64,000 nt of DNA from the NCBI RefSeq assembly GCF_009914755.1, contig NC_060929.1; one strand, written 5' to 3'. The position numbers and the translations under genes are program-made. Source of the DNA: the human T2T-CHM13v2.0 reference genome, Homo sapiens. The stretch's first letter is position 1; every line of letters starts with the position of its first letter. Below, one piece after another: positions 14,130 to 28,860 of the stretch. The notes beneath the pieces were generated by a model. The model saw nothing but the letters and a program-made list of their open reading frames with translations. It had not been told where the DNA came from and ran no database searches.

Positions 14130-17100
14130 ATAAAAACATGCACGAAAACTCAAGACTATGTTTATCTTTGTCAATGGAAGAAGGAAATAGTAACTGTAAA
14201 GTCTTATTTCTTAAGCTAGATTTACATAGACATTTGTCTATTTCATGACTTTGTGCTAATTTTTTCAACCTAAAATGTTTTATTAAAATATTTTAAAGTA
14301 CTTATTTGCATATATGCAAAATCACACCGGTCCTCATCACAGAAAAGACAACAGTTCCTTGGTGATTTTAGTTTAATTTAGTATAGATGTAAACTAATGA
14401 GAGGGAACTTATCAAGGTAAATATGTTGCATCAATCAAAACAGCATGCATTGCTGTCAAAGACATGTGGCATATACCTGCTTTCCTCCATAGATGCTGAA
14501 GGTTTTTTGGTTTTTTTTTCTTCTAAAAGATTCCAAATAAGTATTGAAATCAAATCATTCAAGAATAAATATCACATTAACTAGGATATCTCAATACCAC
14601 CTCACCAGAGTCCTCCTGGGTCAGCTTCTAAAATAAAATGTCAAATGAGTCCTCCAACACTCAGCATCCAGATCTTGGAATGAAGTACTTATTTCTGAAA
14701 TTTCACTGTGTTCTCCATCTATCCCCTCCCCACAAAAAAAGTTTGAACTTCTTGACCTCTGAGTAAAACTGATTATCTAAAATCTGAAGTCGCAAATAAA
14801 CCTACTTGTAAAGATCCTCTGAGAGAAAAGTATCATGGGCATGACCAGATGCAAATTTCTTCTTTCTTTTTTCTATTTCAGTAAGGTATAATGTGTGGCC
14901 CAGTTTATGCAGAGAAATAACTCTAAGAGTTGGAGTTAGATATGCGAATTAGAACCTAGTCTTAAGAACGAAAGATCAGAAATCACTGGTTCAAAAAGAA
15001 GGAAGATATAGATCAACAGGAAAATAGTAAACCTCATCAAGATTACAAGCCTCAGACAAAGATATCACTAGACCTAAATCCATTGCGTCTTGAAATAAGG
15101 AAGTAAGATCATTTCATCATCAAGACATTAGTCTCTGTACATTTAGAATTAGAGCATAATCAAAAGGCTTAATTCGTCCATATTGGACATGAAGGTCATG
15201 GCACAAGGAACAGCCTTATAATGAGGCATCAAATATAGCCTAAAAGAACATTAGCATAAACAAAATATAAACTTTCTTGGAAGTAAACTACTCATTCCTT
15301 TGAAAATAAACCAAAGGAAATCAGATTAACCCTGAGCTGTTCACTTAAAATTCAGGTACAATTTATTTCTAAGAATATATCCATCACAAAACTGAGCCTA
15401 TTAGCAGCAATTATTTAAGGATATTTTCTAGGTCATTGTCATCACAAGGCATTAATTACCCAGTCTCCTGAAGTAATCTGCATGAGAAATATTTCAAGTA
15501 GAATATCAGTTGTCAAGGAAGGGGGAGACCAGATACCCTACCGGGATCTTTGGCTCTTCCCCAAAGGAGGTAGAATGGGGACAGAGAGGAATAAGGATTA
15601 AGGAACATGTAAGCAAAAGAGAAAAAAAAAAGTCAGATGTGAAATTATAACTGACTTCTAAGAAGATGTATTTATTTTGGTTCCCTTTTTGCAGAATTGC
15701 TGGCTGGTTATTTCAGGGAATCATGTTTAAGTCTTCAGATCTCTCTTTAGGTGAAAAAATAGTTCCTTGGGTGAAAAAGAGAAAAAATGGGATAAGTCTT
15801 TATCCCTTTATTTTAGTCATTTGTATACAGGTTTGTTTTACTTATAAAGCCATTTTATTTCATAATGAAGCCACACAGAAAAAGAAGAACAAAAGAAAGA
15901 AAAGAAAAACCCAGGGGATTGATTTTATTTTACTTTTTAGTCTGAAAATAAGGTCTTAGTTCATCTTTAAGTCAACAGATTTTGTTCCTTTTTTTTAAAA
16001 AAAAATAAATTACAAAGGTTCTAGTTCTGGTTCACTGCTATAATATGTTATTGTATGTGTTATACTAAAAGGACGATTATAGTTTGGATTCTGCTAACTC
16101 TGGCAGTGAGGATTTGTTCCATCAGGATTCGGACAGGGACGAGAAAAGAAAAAAGGAAGGGAGAGGAGGAGAGAAGAGAGGAGGGGAAGGGAAGGCCAGG
16201 GAAGGGAAAATTTCCAAGGAAGACAGCATGCACTGCAGATCCATTTTGTGATAAATATCTTCAAGAAAAGAGACTGCAAAGAGCATGATTGTCATGGATT
16301 AGTGTAATTTTTAAGGCCATTCAAAGAAGTGAAGTGGGATTAAAAGAACATTTACAAAGAAACTACAATGTTGGTTTGTTTCTTCCATTTTTGGCCATTT
16401 GTGTAGCTCAGGCACATGGGTAGGGCAGAGATGTCAAAAAGAGACCATTGGCGGTGAGTCTATTTACAACACCTCTGCCCATTAGATCTCGCAGCTGAAA
16501 TGTTCATGTCCTTAAAAATATGGGAGAATTAAGCTAAATATTGACTCTGGAAGATCTAGAATTTCATGTCCATATTATATCATCTGAAGTTTTTCACAGG
16601 AAAGCATTCCAAACATTCAGTAAAATTGTTTTTAACCAGTGGATTCATGCAGATTATCAACTGATTAAGAATAACGAAATATTATGAACTTTAATACATA
16701 AGTAAAAGGCAGCACTCTCTCTTCAATTCAAGGTCCATTAATCTGGAATTTGTGATATTTGACTTGGGCTTCTTTTGCAGTATTTCTAGAGAGCAATTTA
16801 TGTTTGTGAAATCTCTGATGTAAACAAGGTTTCAGGGGGGAATGCTTGACCTACTTAAGAGAACAAACTGTTTTCTAGTACTATCTAATAGCATCATTTG
16901 TATATAAACAATTAATGTGTTATTTCAAATGCCATCTTATCTATTCACCAAAACACAGCAGGCCTTCTCTCGCCTTGGTAAGGATTTGTTTGCAGGTAAT
17001 TCAAAGTATTCTGTGCCTTATGAAAATAATAATGCCTTTCTTTCAATATAACGTGAACTTTTCAACAATTCTGTCTTGCTGCCTCCCAGAGTCATTCCAT

Positions 17101-18363
17101 GTTTATACAATATAATTTTTTCATGTAAATGATGGCATAATTACAGGAAGTCGATGTAGGACTTTGATATTTTTTCAGTCCAAGATTTTTGGATAGGGAA
17201 CAATATGTGTGGGGAGCTGAAAGACACTAAGTAATGGAGGTTGAGATTCAAATCTCAGAGAGGTAGTTGAGTTGTACATGACTTTTTCCTAAACACAGTT
17301 CAAAATTGTCTTCCAAAGGTTAACAGTTTCCATGACTTCACTAACTTTTACTTTCAAACTTTCAAATGGTTTCCATGTTCTCTATTTTGTTAGAGCCTCC
17401 TCTGGAACTTTTTTGTCATTTACAGCCTTACCTTTTAGTAAGTATCACTCTCCCAAGAATGTCAAACTTAATCAAACAGTTGCATAAGATTCAACCCCAC
17501 TCACTTTCTAAATAAATTCACTTAAATCAAGATACCTTGAGCATTTGCTTCAGAACAAAATGTTCCTGAAGCCAGTGGTTTATGCTGCTGAGAAATTAGC
17601 TCTCAAGTGTGACAGTCTCACAATTTCTATCAGAAGAATTGAAGCCACTTACAATTTAATCCATTGTTAGCTCTATTCTGGGTTCACTCTTACAAATCGT
17701 CAAAGGTTTAATAGGTACATTATAGACTCTGTAAATGACAAACACTATTCAAATAAAAGAATGAAAAAATTAAAATATTCATTATACAACTAGGAAAATT
17801 GACACTTTGCAATGTTAAAGTGAGGCATCAAAAAATATATCCATGTAAAACTATCTTTATAGCATACCTGTGCCACATTAACTTATAAAGGAATTGTTAT
17901 CTAGCATTCTATTTTCCATATTGCCTTCCCTGTATTTCCATGTTGCTGCAGATGAAAGTTCTCTCTATGTCTTCTAATGCGTACAACACTTTTATTTTCT
18001 CTTCTTGTACTAGTCACGTTCTACTTTAAATCATTGTTACTTACAGTATTATAGCTGAAAGACATTTTTATAACAACCGCATTATATACATCTTAATTTC
18101 TCCATTAGATTATATTTCTTTTGTCTTTGAGTCATGGGAGCTTAGTACAGTGCTTATGCAAACTGGTGTGCTCAATACATGTTTGATTAATGATGAATCC
18201 TGAGAAAATTGCTCTCTCAATATCCTAGGCTATATTTCAGATTCATGGCTTTTCAAAAGGTGAGTAGATTTCAAATATTGATCTAGCATTCATAAGATGA
18301 CATTTCAACAAATTTAGTAAATCCTGTAGGCAAGATAGCTTATTTTACTTCCTCTTGATTAAT

Positions 18364-18366
<3 letters not shown>

Positions 18367-18400
<34 letters not shown>
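18367..18400. repeat. (CA)17 microsatellite
   Basis: Uninterrupted CA run. Confidence 0.98.
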
Positions 18401-18403
<3 letters not shown>

Positions 18404-19199
18404 TTTGAGTCATATATTATATTTGCACATCATGGATACGAAAACATATTCAAAGAAGTTAGATTATTTCCTTAGATTGTATATCTTAAGGGCTAGAGGC
18501 CACATTTAGTGTTCTTCTCAGTATATCTACAAGCCTTATTCAAATCTCTTCCTTCATACCAATTCAATCTCCCCATGCATCATATAGTTTAGTGAGCAAA
18601 AGCAATGAGTCATGAACATGTGTAGTCATTTTCTTGGGCAACATTACTCTGTTTCTGTCCTCAGTTTTACTTCATTGTTTACCCAATATACTACGATTTT
18701 TATTTTTGGAAGCTCAAATTTACCTTTTAAACTAAAAAATACTCTACTTTTTAATTTTGGTACGCCTTGTCCTACCCTGCAGGACATCAGCCCAGCCCTG
18801 GCTTGACTGATCAGGAACACAGTTCAACTTTATCCAGCCTCCTGTGCTGAGGAATCAGACAGTGAAGGGAAGGAATTAAGGGAAGGAATAAAAGACCTTT
18901 CCAGCCTTGAGTATCACTAAGCTTTATGTCTCTGAATGCTATGCTAATGCATTGGCTGCCATTTTTCAGTGTGTCCCATTAGAGATAAGTATTTTAAAGA
19001 ATCACAGCAATTTTTGAGATATATTGGAGGACAGTACTTTTTTTATTCACTCCCAGTTTCAAAGTCTTTAAGCCAAAATCTAAACACTCCATAGTATTAA
19101 TATTGTACTGGGCATTTAAGATATCCAAGAAATAATTAAGTGATAGTGGATCTCGCATTTTCACCCATTGCAAATACTTGCAATTTTCCTTCACTTTAA

Positions 19200-19830
19200 C
19201 TCTTCATCTGTTCATTCACATGTTAAGTCATTTATTCAACAAATATTTATTAAGTACCTGTTCTGTGTTACCTATTGTTCTTAGACTACCAGTTTAGTAG
19301 GAAACAATACAAGGTTGCTGCTGTCCTAAAACCAACATGGGCATGGTATGAAGAGAGACTAGAAATAAACATTCACTTTGGGAGGCCGAGGCAGGCAGAT
19401 CACTTGAGGCCAGGAGTTTGAGACCAGCCTGGCCAACATTGCAAAATCCTGTCTCTACTGAAAATACAAAAAATTAGCCGGGTGTGGTGGCACATGCCTG
19501 TAATCCCAACTACTCAGGAGGCTGAGGCAGGAGGATTGCTTCCACCCGGGAGGCGGAGGTTGCAATGAGCCAAGATGGCACCACTGCACTCCAACATGGG
19601 AGACAGAGCGAGACTGTCTCAAAAAAAAAAGGAGGGGGTGGGGGAGAAATTAAAAAGAAAGAAACATTTAACATAATTTTAAGTGTTACGAAGAAAAGTG
19701 TTATGATGAAAATAAAGCAAGGACAGAATCAGGGTAAGGGAAGTGATAATGATATTTAAAATAAGGCAAGAATTTAAAAAGAGCCAGCCATAATAAATAA
19801 TCTAAGGAAAGAAAATCTACAGATTAGAAG
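19200..19830 (-). mobile_element. L2 3'-end fragment, interrupted by an Alu
   Basis: cattcac...tttattcaacaaatatttattaagtacct is the antisense L2 3' terminus; L2-like sequence resumes after the Alu. Confidence 0.65.
19374..19655 (+). mobile_element. 5'-truncated Alu (AluS)
   Basis: Begins cactttgggaggccgaggc (about 33 nt missing); TSD agaaataaacatt / agaaagaaacatt. Confidence 0.95.
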
Positions 19831-20539
19831 GGAAAATAATGAAAGACTTTACAGAGCCCTGTAAATCAAGAAAACAAAAAAGAAAACCAACAAAAATGAA
19901 AATACACACATCTAATCAAGAGATATAGTGATTTCGATCGGGACCTCAAAGATGCACTCACAGGGTCAATATAATTTCGGTCTTGGAGGTTTAAATGGCA
20001 ACAGTACAATTTCACTAAAAATTTTATTTGGATTAAAATCCTCTCCTCCCTAATCATCAAAACGAAAAACTCATGAGGCCTGTTTGACAGTAAAAAGTTA
20101 CAAAGTTCTAACCATAGGTCCATTTACCTAAAACAACTTAAGGGCTTCGACCTGTCCTTGTTGTTATAATGTAACTTCCTTGCATCATTTTAAAACATCC
20201 GCACTTGTGACAAAATGTAGGAAAATGAAATGGTTTTGTGGATCTTGTGAACTGCATCAAAGAACAATTATACAGAGTATTTTCCTTATATTTGTTAATG
20301 TTAATTCTATGAGTACCCACAAAGTGGATATCTCATTGTTCACTCCTGCTCTTATGTCTTCGATGTCTGTACTATGTTGGAAAAACAGTCTTACCGTCTG
20401 TCTTCAGCCCTACCACCAAACACCATCACCCATTCAACACAATAACCATAATTTTAGATCAATGACCTTTATAGTATGGTTTCTGGCCTACTGGGTAATC
20501 TTAATGAGTCAAGAATTAACCATAAAAATGAAGACCCTG

Positions 20540-20918
<379 letters not shown>

Positions 20919-21498
20919 TGACTAATTAAAGGCTACTGACATTTTATATTCATAAGTTAACAATAGCTCATTCTTAAGGCTTTCTGAGAATTTGCTTTGC
21001 TTTCAAGTCTGGCTATCATACAACTTTTTGAAATTTTGCAAGGTTTGGACTGGACTGTGCATGCAAATGTGCAGAAAGTTAGAATTTTTGTAGTTCGGGC
21101 AATCAGCATATGTTGTTGACTAGAGTAGATTGTGGTTTTCCAATTGCTGCTTTTCTTAACATCTAAATGCAAATTAATGTTAGTTAATTATATCATGTCG
21201 AATTTAATTTGCTGGTGGTTGTTTAACACAATAGTATATTATCTCTAAATAATTGCTTTTATGGAATATAATTTTTAATATAAAATATAAGACATGAATA
21301 TGCCCATACTTCTATACTTCATATATGTATACATAAAATAGAAGTTTTCCATTCCATCTGTTTATTAGAAATTACTTAGAGGAGATACTCTGCCCATGAA
21401 TTTGTACTGTTTTAATAATTTCTAACAATTTATTAAGGTGAGTGTGATAAAAATTTATGAAGCATTTTTAAGTTTGTAAAACATTGTCTTTATAAATG

Positions 21499-22173
21499 TA
21501 GATCTGAAATCCCTTATCCAAAACCCTAAGAACAAGATGTGTTGTTTTAAAATTAAGAAATTTTCGGGCCAGTTGCCATGGCTCATGCCTGTAATTTCAG
21601 CCTTTTGGGAGGATGAGGCAGGAGGATCATTTGAGCCCAGGAGTTCAAGACCAGCCTGGGCAATATGGTGAAACCCTGTCTCTACAAAATATATAAAAAT
21701 TAGCCAGGCATGGTGGTGCACGCCTGCAGTCCCAGATACTCGGGAGGCTGAAGTGGGAGGATCAAATGAGTCCAGAAGGTTGAGGCTGCAGTGAGCTATG
21801 TGATTGCACCACTGCACTCCAGCCTGGGTGGCAGAGTGAGACCCTGCCTCAAAAAAATTAATTAATTAATTAATTAATTAATTAAAATGAAATTAAGAAC
21901 TTTTCAAATTCTAGACAGGTAATGTATAATGCTATATATTACAAAACACCAAATCTGGAATGTTGAGCAGCAGCCCATAATCAACCACATCAATATTTTT
22001 GCAGTGACATATATGAATGCTTACACTAAATTGATAATGAAAGGCTAAGAAAAACCTCATACAAGTTGCAGTCAGGCTTTTCAGCCAAATGAATCTGTAC
22101 CAAACTTGCAGAAGAACTTAAATTTTCAGAGCTTTTTGGATTTCAGAATTGCAAATAAGATCTTGCGAGCCGA
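21499..22173 (+). mobile_element. MER46C (Tigger-type MITE), split by AluJ
   Basis: 5' atcccttatccaaaac..., internal cccataatcaaccacatcaatattt, 3' cagagctttttggatttcagaattgcaaataag. Confidence 0.8.
21567..21889 (+). mobile_element. AluJ with (TTAA)n tail
   Basis: J diagnostics (ttgagcccaggagttcaag; gaggctgcagtgagctatg); TSD aaattaagaa(a/c)ttttc. Confidence 0.95.
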
Positions 22174-22236
22174 TATACATCATTTTTCTTTCCCTTGTAA
22201 AGTGAATGGAATGGCAACTTTTAAAAAACAAACAAC

Positions 22237-22425
22237 ACAGGCAGTGGCTCACACCTGTAATCCCAGCACTGTGGGAGGCCAAGGCAAGCAGATAACTTGA
22301 GGTCAGGAGTTCAAGACCAGCCTGGCCAAAATGGTGAAACCCCATCTCTACTAAAAATACAAGCCATTGCACTCCAGCTTGGGTGACAGGGTGAAACTCC
22401 ACCTCAAAACAAGCAAACAAAACCA
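22237..22425 (+). mobile_element. Internally deleted Alu (AluS)
   Basis: Left arm to ctaaaaatacaa joined directly to gccattgcactccagc (end of right arm). Confidence 0.9.
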
Positions 22426-23032
22426 AGAATCCTTGCTTAAAAGTTGGTCATTGGTCATAGTACTCCTCTCTGGGCATATAAATGAGTTCAATTAGTCTAA
22501 TACTTCATGGCCATTTTATTTGTGAAAAAAAAGAGCTTTTAGATAATTACAGGAAATAAGATAAGACAAGATTATAACTAAACCTTTCTGCATATAAAAT
22601 GAATTAATACTTTTAGAAGGTCAGTAAACTCCCTATGAAAAACTGGGAGAAAAAACTGAAGGAACTAGCAACATGGAGAAGGCCTAGTAGAAGAGATGAC
22701 TTATAAAAACTGCCTGGCATTGGGGGAGTTTGGGGAAAAAGCCAAAGGACTTGTAAGAACAAATATGTTTATTTTAGTTCAGCTTTAAGCTATTGGTTTT
22801 ACTAAGATTAGATAACTTCCTCCTGTCCTATTCCCACTACCTGACAGGTAGGGGAAGTTCTCACTTAAATGGAGCAAGGCCAGAAAATTAGAGCCTATAC
22901 TTTATAAAATTGCTGCCAGAAATGATGGTTTCAGGCTGGCTTTTGAACATGGAAAATCCAGGATTACAGATTGAATCTGTCTGTGAAAGAAGAGAAGATA
23001 TGGAGAAAGAAAATTAACATTTCATTGTTGCC

Positions 23033-23917
<885 letters not shown>

Positions 23918-24356
23918 TTGTTTACATGTTTTGATTCATTTGAAACTCCATTTTACTGGTGAGGCAATGGAATTTCAGAAAACTAAACATTCTCTTTGAT
24001 GGTCATTCGGCTGTGGTACAGACTAGAGAATCTTGCAGTGAAACCAGAGTCTGAAAGTGTTCTCTTTCCAGTATGGTAGAATAAATCCTTAACAGACAAA
24101 ACAACCTGCAAATAACAAATATAAATTCTGGACAAAATACAGTGGGCAACTACTTCAGGGCTCTAGAGAATAAAAAGACCAGGGAGATGTTAAGGGGATA
24201 TTGACATTTGGAAGAAGGCAACAGTGCAGGATGAGTTTTCTATTTTTGTGATTTTATTCTGAAAGCAGTCTGTCTGTAGTCATGGCATGTTGCAAGGTGG
24301 CTTATACTTTGCTTTGTTTTGTTTTGTTTTGTTTGAAAAAACAGAAACGTTCTAAA

Positions 24357-24650
24357 TTGGGCGCAGTGGCTCACACCTGTAATCCCAGCACTTTGGGAGG
24401 CCAAAGAGGATCATTTGAGTCTAGGAGTTTGAGAACAGCCTGGGCAACAATAGTGAGATCTCATCTCTACAAAAAATCAAAAAGATGTGCCGGGCATTGT
24501 GGCAACTCGGGAGCCTGAGGTAGAAGGCTCACTTGAGACGGGGAGGTCAAGGCTGAAGTGAGCTGTGATTGTGCCACTGCACTCCACCAGCCTAGACAAC
24601 AGAGTAAGATGCTGTCAAAAAAACAAACAAACAAGCAAACAACAACAAAA
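24357..24650 (+). mobile_element. AluJ, diverged with small deletions
   Basis: gggcgcagtggctcacacctgtaatcccagc ... ggtcaaggctgaagtgagctgtgatt; (CAAA)n tail. Confidence 0.92.
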
Positions 24651-25269
24651 AACCTTTATCTTTCTTGTATGAAGAACCAGATGATGGAGCCAAAACAACT
24701 TCCAGTTGAAACTAAAAGAACAAAACTGATATCTAAGCTGCTACCTACCATAGGCAAAACAGAGTTTGCAATTTGCATCTCACTGGGTAAATTGCCTGTT
24801 AGCACAGAAACATAAATCCTTTTTGGAAAAATATAACAGAATTCAGGACCATACAACATAAAACTCACAGTATCCTGGATATAATTTAAAACTTCTTGAT
24901 ATGTGAAGAAGTGGGAAAATGTGATTCATTCTCAAGGGAGAAGATAGAAAAGCAAAAGCCAACCATAAGATGAATTTGCCATTGAAATTACCAAACAAAT
25001 ACTATAAAGCTGCTATTTCAACAAAGTTCAGTAAGGTAAAGGAAAATACACTCCTAATGAATGAAAGGATAAAAATCTCAGAAGAAAAATAGAAACTATA
25101 AAAAAGAACAAAATACAAATTCTAAAATTGAAATATAAAATTTCTAAAATGAAGGTACGCAGGATTGGTTTAACAACAAAATAAAGATGGCAGACAGAAG
25201 TGTCAGTGAACATCAAGGTAGATCAGGAGAAATTGTTTAATGTGAAGAAGAGCATTTGTGTGTGTGTGA

Positions 25270-25555
25270 GAGAGACAAGGTCTCACTCTGTGGGTAATAC
25301 CCGGGCTGGAGTGCAGTGGCAGGATCATAGCTCACTACAGCCTTGACCTCCTGGGCTCAGGCAGATCCTCTTACCTCAGCTTCCCAAGTAGCTGGGACCA
25401 CAAGTGTGAGCCATCATGCCAGGCTAATGTTTTTATATTTTGTAGTGTTGGTGTCACCCTGTGTTGCCCAGGCTGGTCTCAAACTCCTAGGCACATGCTA
25501 TCTTCCCACCTCAGCTTCCCAAAGTGCTGGGATTACTCATGCCACCACACCTGGC
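25270..25555 (-). mobile_element. AluJ
   Basis: Antisense Alu with J diagnostics (atcatagctcactacagccttgacctcctgggctca). Confidence 0.92.
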
Positions 25556-25654
25556 TGAGAAAAAATATTTAATGAGGAAACTAAAGGAACAAGTAGAACA
25601 ATATCAAAAGTCCAATACATGTGTAAATGGAATTCAAGAAAGAAAGAAAGAAAA

Positions 25655-28600
25655 GAACTCCCAGTTTCCAGTCTGGCATGTAAGAAGCTTGCAAGTCACC
25701 ACTCTGTTTGTCATAACAAGAAGTAAAAAACTGAACAAATTGAAAAATCAACAGCTTACACCATCAGAGAAGTGAGATCACAAGGCAAACCACTGCCCCC
25801 AAAATTGGAGAGACAGACAGATACAGAGAATCCCAACTTCCCAAAGCAAAAACTCATAAGCAGAAACTCTGCAGGAATCAGCAGTGGGCTAGGAAAACCT
25901 GAACTGTAATAGACGAATTGCTGGAGGCTCAGAATGGACAAGTCTAAGAGTTGAACACACTAGGGGGACCTAGTCATTAGGCAGCCTCCACAGTTTAGTT
26001 TTACCTCCAGGAGCTCTATCAGGTTATCACAGTGAAGATCAGAGAAATATCTCCTCATGCTTCCACCAAGGAATGGGGAAAAATAATCATTTTGAAATAT
26101 GCCAGAGCATTCTGTCCCTCCTAATAAGGCCTCCTCTCAAGAAAAGCAATTTTACCAGACCCTAACCTGCCAAGGTTTTATCAGACTAATTTACCTGGGG
26201 AAAGGGAAATATCCAACCCCCAGCCCCTTCTAACCATCCTGTCCCACCCAAGGGGAAGAAGGTATGAACTGAGGAGCAATGATGAGGTTTGCAGCCCAGG
26301 GCACAGGCTCACCAAAGGACACAGACTTACTCATCGGACTATAGAATGCTTCCTTTTCCCCCACACTTTACTACGACATCACATTACTAAAGGCCTATTT
26401 ACCCCAGTTCCTTTTACCTAGCACATTATGTCCAGCTTTAAACAAAAAAAAATTGCATACTAAGGGGCAAAAAACACGGTTTGAAGAAACACAGCAAGCA
26501 TCAGAATCAGACCCAGGTATGGAAAATATGTTATATTTATCAGACCATGAATTTAAAACAACTATGATTTAATATGTGAAGGTCTGTAATGAAAAAACTA
26601 GGCAGCATGCAATAATGAATGGGTAATGCACATTCTAAGAAAGAATAACTGGACATTCTGAAAAGGAATAAATAATGAAATGTTAGAGAAGAACAGAATA
26701 TTCAAGAACTGTGGACAATGACAAAAAATTGTAACATGCAGGTAATGTGACTATCAGGAGAAGAAAAAGTGAAAGAAACTGAAGGAATATTCAAGACAAT
26801 AATGACTGGTAATTTCCTCCAATTAATTAAATCAGACATTAAACTCCAGATCCAGTAAGCTCAGAGAACACCAAGAAGGATAAATGGAAAAAAATCTACA
26901 CCTAGGCATATAGTTATATCAATATAGATATTACAAACATGGTAGATATTAATCTGTTCTCACACTGCTGACAAAGACATACCTGAGACTGAGTAATTTA
27001 TAAAGGAAAGAGATTTAATTGACTCACAGTTACACATGGCTGGGAGGCCTCACAATCATGGCAGAAGCCAAATGAGGAGCAAAGTCACACATGATGGCAG
27101 GCAAGAGAGAAGTGTGCTGGGAAACTTCCCTTTATACAACCATCAGATCTCGTGAGACTTATGCACTATCACGAGAACAGCATGGGTAAAACCCACCACC
27201 ATGATTCAATTACCTCCCACCGGGTCCCTCCCATGACACGTGGGCATTATGGGAGCTACAATTCAAGCTACACATGGACATTATGGGAGCTACAATTCAA
27301 GAAAGTTACCAGGTATAAAGACAGGAATTACATAATAACAAAGGGCCCAATTCTCCAAGAAGACATACCAATCTTTAATGTGTATGTGCCTAAAAACAGA
27401 GCATCAAAATGTAGGAGGCAAAACTGATAGAATTGCAAGAAAAATGGAGAAATCCACTATAATAGTTGAAGATTTTTGATACTCCTCCATCAGAAATGAA
27501 CAGATCCAGCAGGCAGCTCATCAGAAAAAAACATAGTCAAGCTCAGCAATCAAATGAATAAAATTGATGTGTATCAACCACTTCATTCAACAGCAGCAGA
27601 ATACATATTCTTCTTAAACTCGGGTGGGACTTTCACCAAGATAGACCATATTTGGTATCATAAAATGCATCTTAACAAATTTTTAAAAATAGAAATCACA
27701 CAGCATCTGCTCTCAAGCCACAATGGAATTAACTAGAAATTAATAACAGACAGATAGTCAGAAAATCCCAAAATACTTTGAGATTAAACAACACATTTCT
27801 AAATAACACATGGGTCAAAGAATGAATCTTGAAGAATACTTGAAAATATTTTGAACTAAATGAAAATACAAGTTATCAAAATTTGTGGGATGCAATGAAA
27901 GCAATGCTTAGAGGGAAACTTACAGCATTGAATGAGTATATTAGAAAAGAAAACATCTAAAATCAATTATCTAAGTGTCCACCCTAGGAAACTAGAAAAA
28001 GGAGAGTAAATTAAATCCAAAGTAAGCTTTAAAAAAGAAATAATGAAAGTCAAAGCAGAAATCAATATAATTGAAAACAGGAAATCAAAAATTAACAAAA
28101 TCAAAAGATAGCAATTTGAAAAGTCTAAAAAATTAATAAACCTCTTCCCAGACTAAGAAGAAACAGAAAAAAGACACAAATTATCAATATCAGAACCAAA
28201 AGAGAGGCCATCACTATAGATCCCAGGAACATCAGAAAGATAATAAAGAAAACGTATGAACAAATAGATAAAGAGTTCCATGATAAGCAAAGAAAACCAT
28301 GAACACACCTTTGAACTACAAGCCCACAAATTTGATAACTTAATGAAATTGACCAATACCTTGAAATACACAATCTGCCAAAGCTCATATAAGAAGAAAT
28401 GGACAATCTGAATAGGCCTATAGCTACTAAAGAAATTTAATCAATAACTAATAATCTTACAAAACAGAACACATCAGGTCCAGATGGTTTCCCTGGTGAA
28501 TTCTACCAAGCATTTAAGGAGGAAATGATACCAATTCTCTACTATCTCTTTCAAAAGATAGAAGCAGAAGGAATACTTCCTAACTTATTCTGAAGCCAGC

Positions 28601-28860
28601 ATTACCCTAATACTAAAACCAGACAAATACGAGGAAAAAAGCTACAGACCGATGTATTTTATGAACATAGATGCAAAAATCTTCAGCAAAATATTAGCAA
28701 ACCAAATCCAACAACGTATAAAAATAATTATATATGATCAAGTGGAGTTCATACGGGCATGCAAGGCTAGTTCAACATTCAAAAATCAAGTAATGTAATC
28801 CATCACATTAACAAGGTAAGAAAAAGAAAAATCACTTTATCATATCAATAGACACAGAAG
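25655..28860 (+). mobile_element. Nested L1M (MC/MD-type 5' end): 5' UTR, deleted ORF1, ORF2 endonuclease to start of RT; no 3' end
   Basis: L1M 5' terminus (tttccagtctggcatgtaagaagcttg); EN peptides (ILQEDIPIFNVYVPKNRAS; GTFTKIDHI); ends at catatcaatagacacagaag. Confidence 0.85.
26946..27301 (-). mobile_element. THE1C-like MaLR LTR, missing about 35 nt of its 5' end
   Basis: tattaatctgttctcacactgct...gaggagcaaagtcac...attatgggagctacaattcaag. Confidence 0.9.

Noticed and set aside
16140-16210. Polypurine tract (also the polypyrimidine tract at about 41995-42085) as a triplex element or exon
   Set aside because: Low-complexity sequence without clear mirror symmetry or exon evidence
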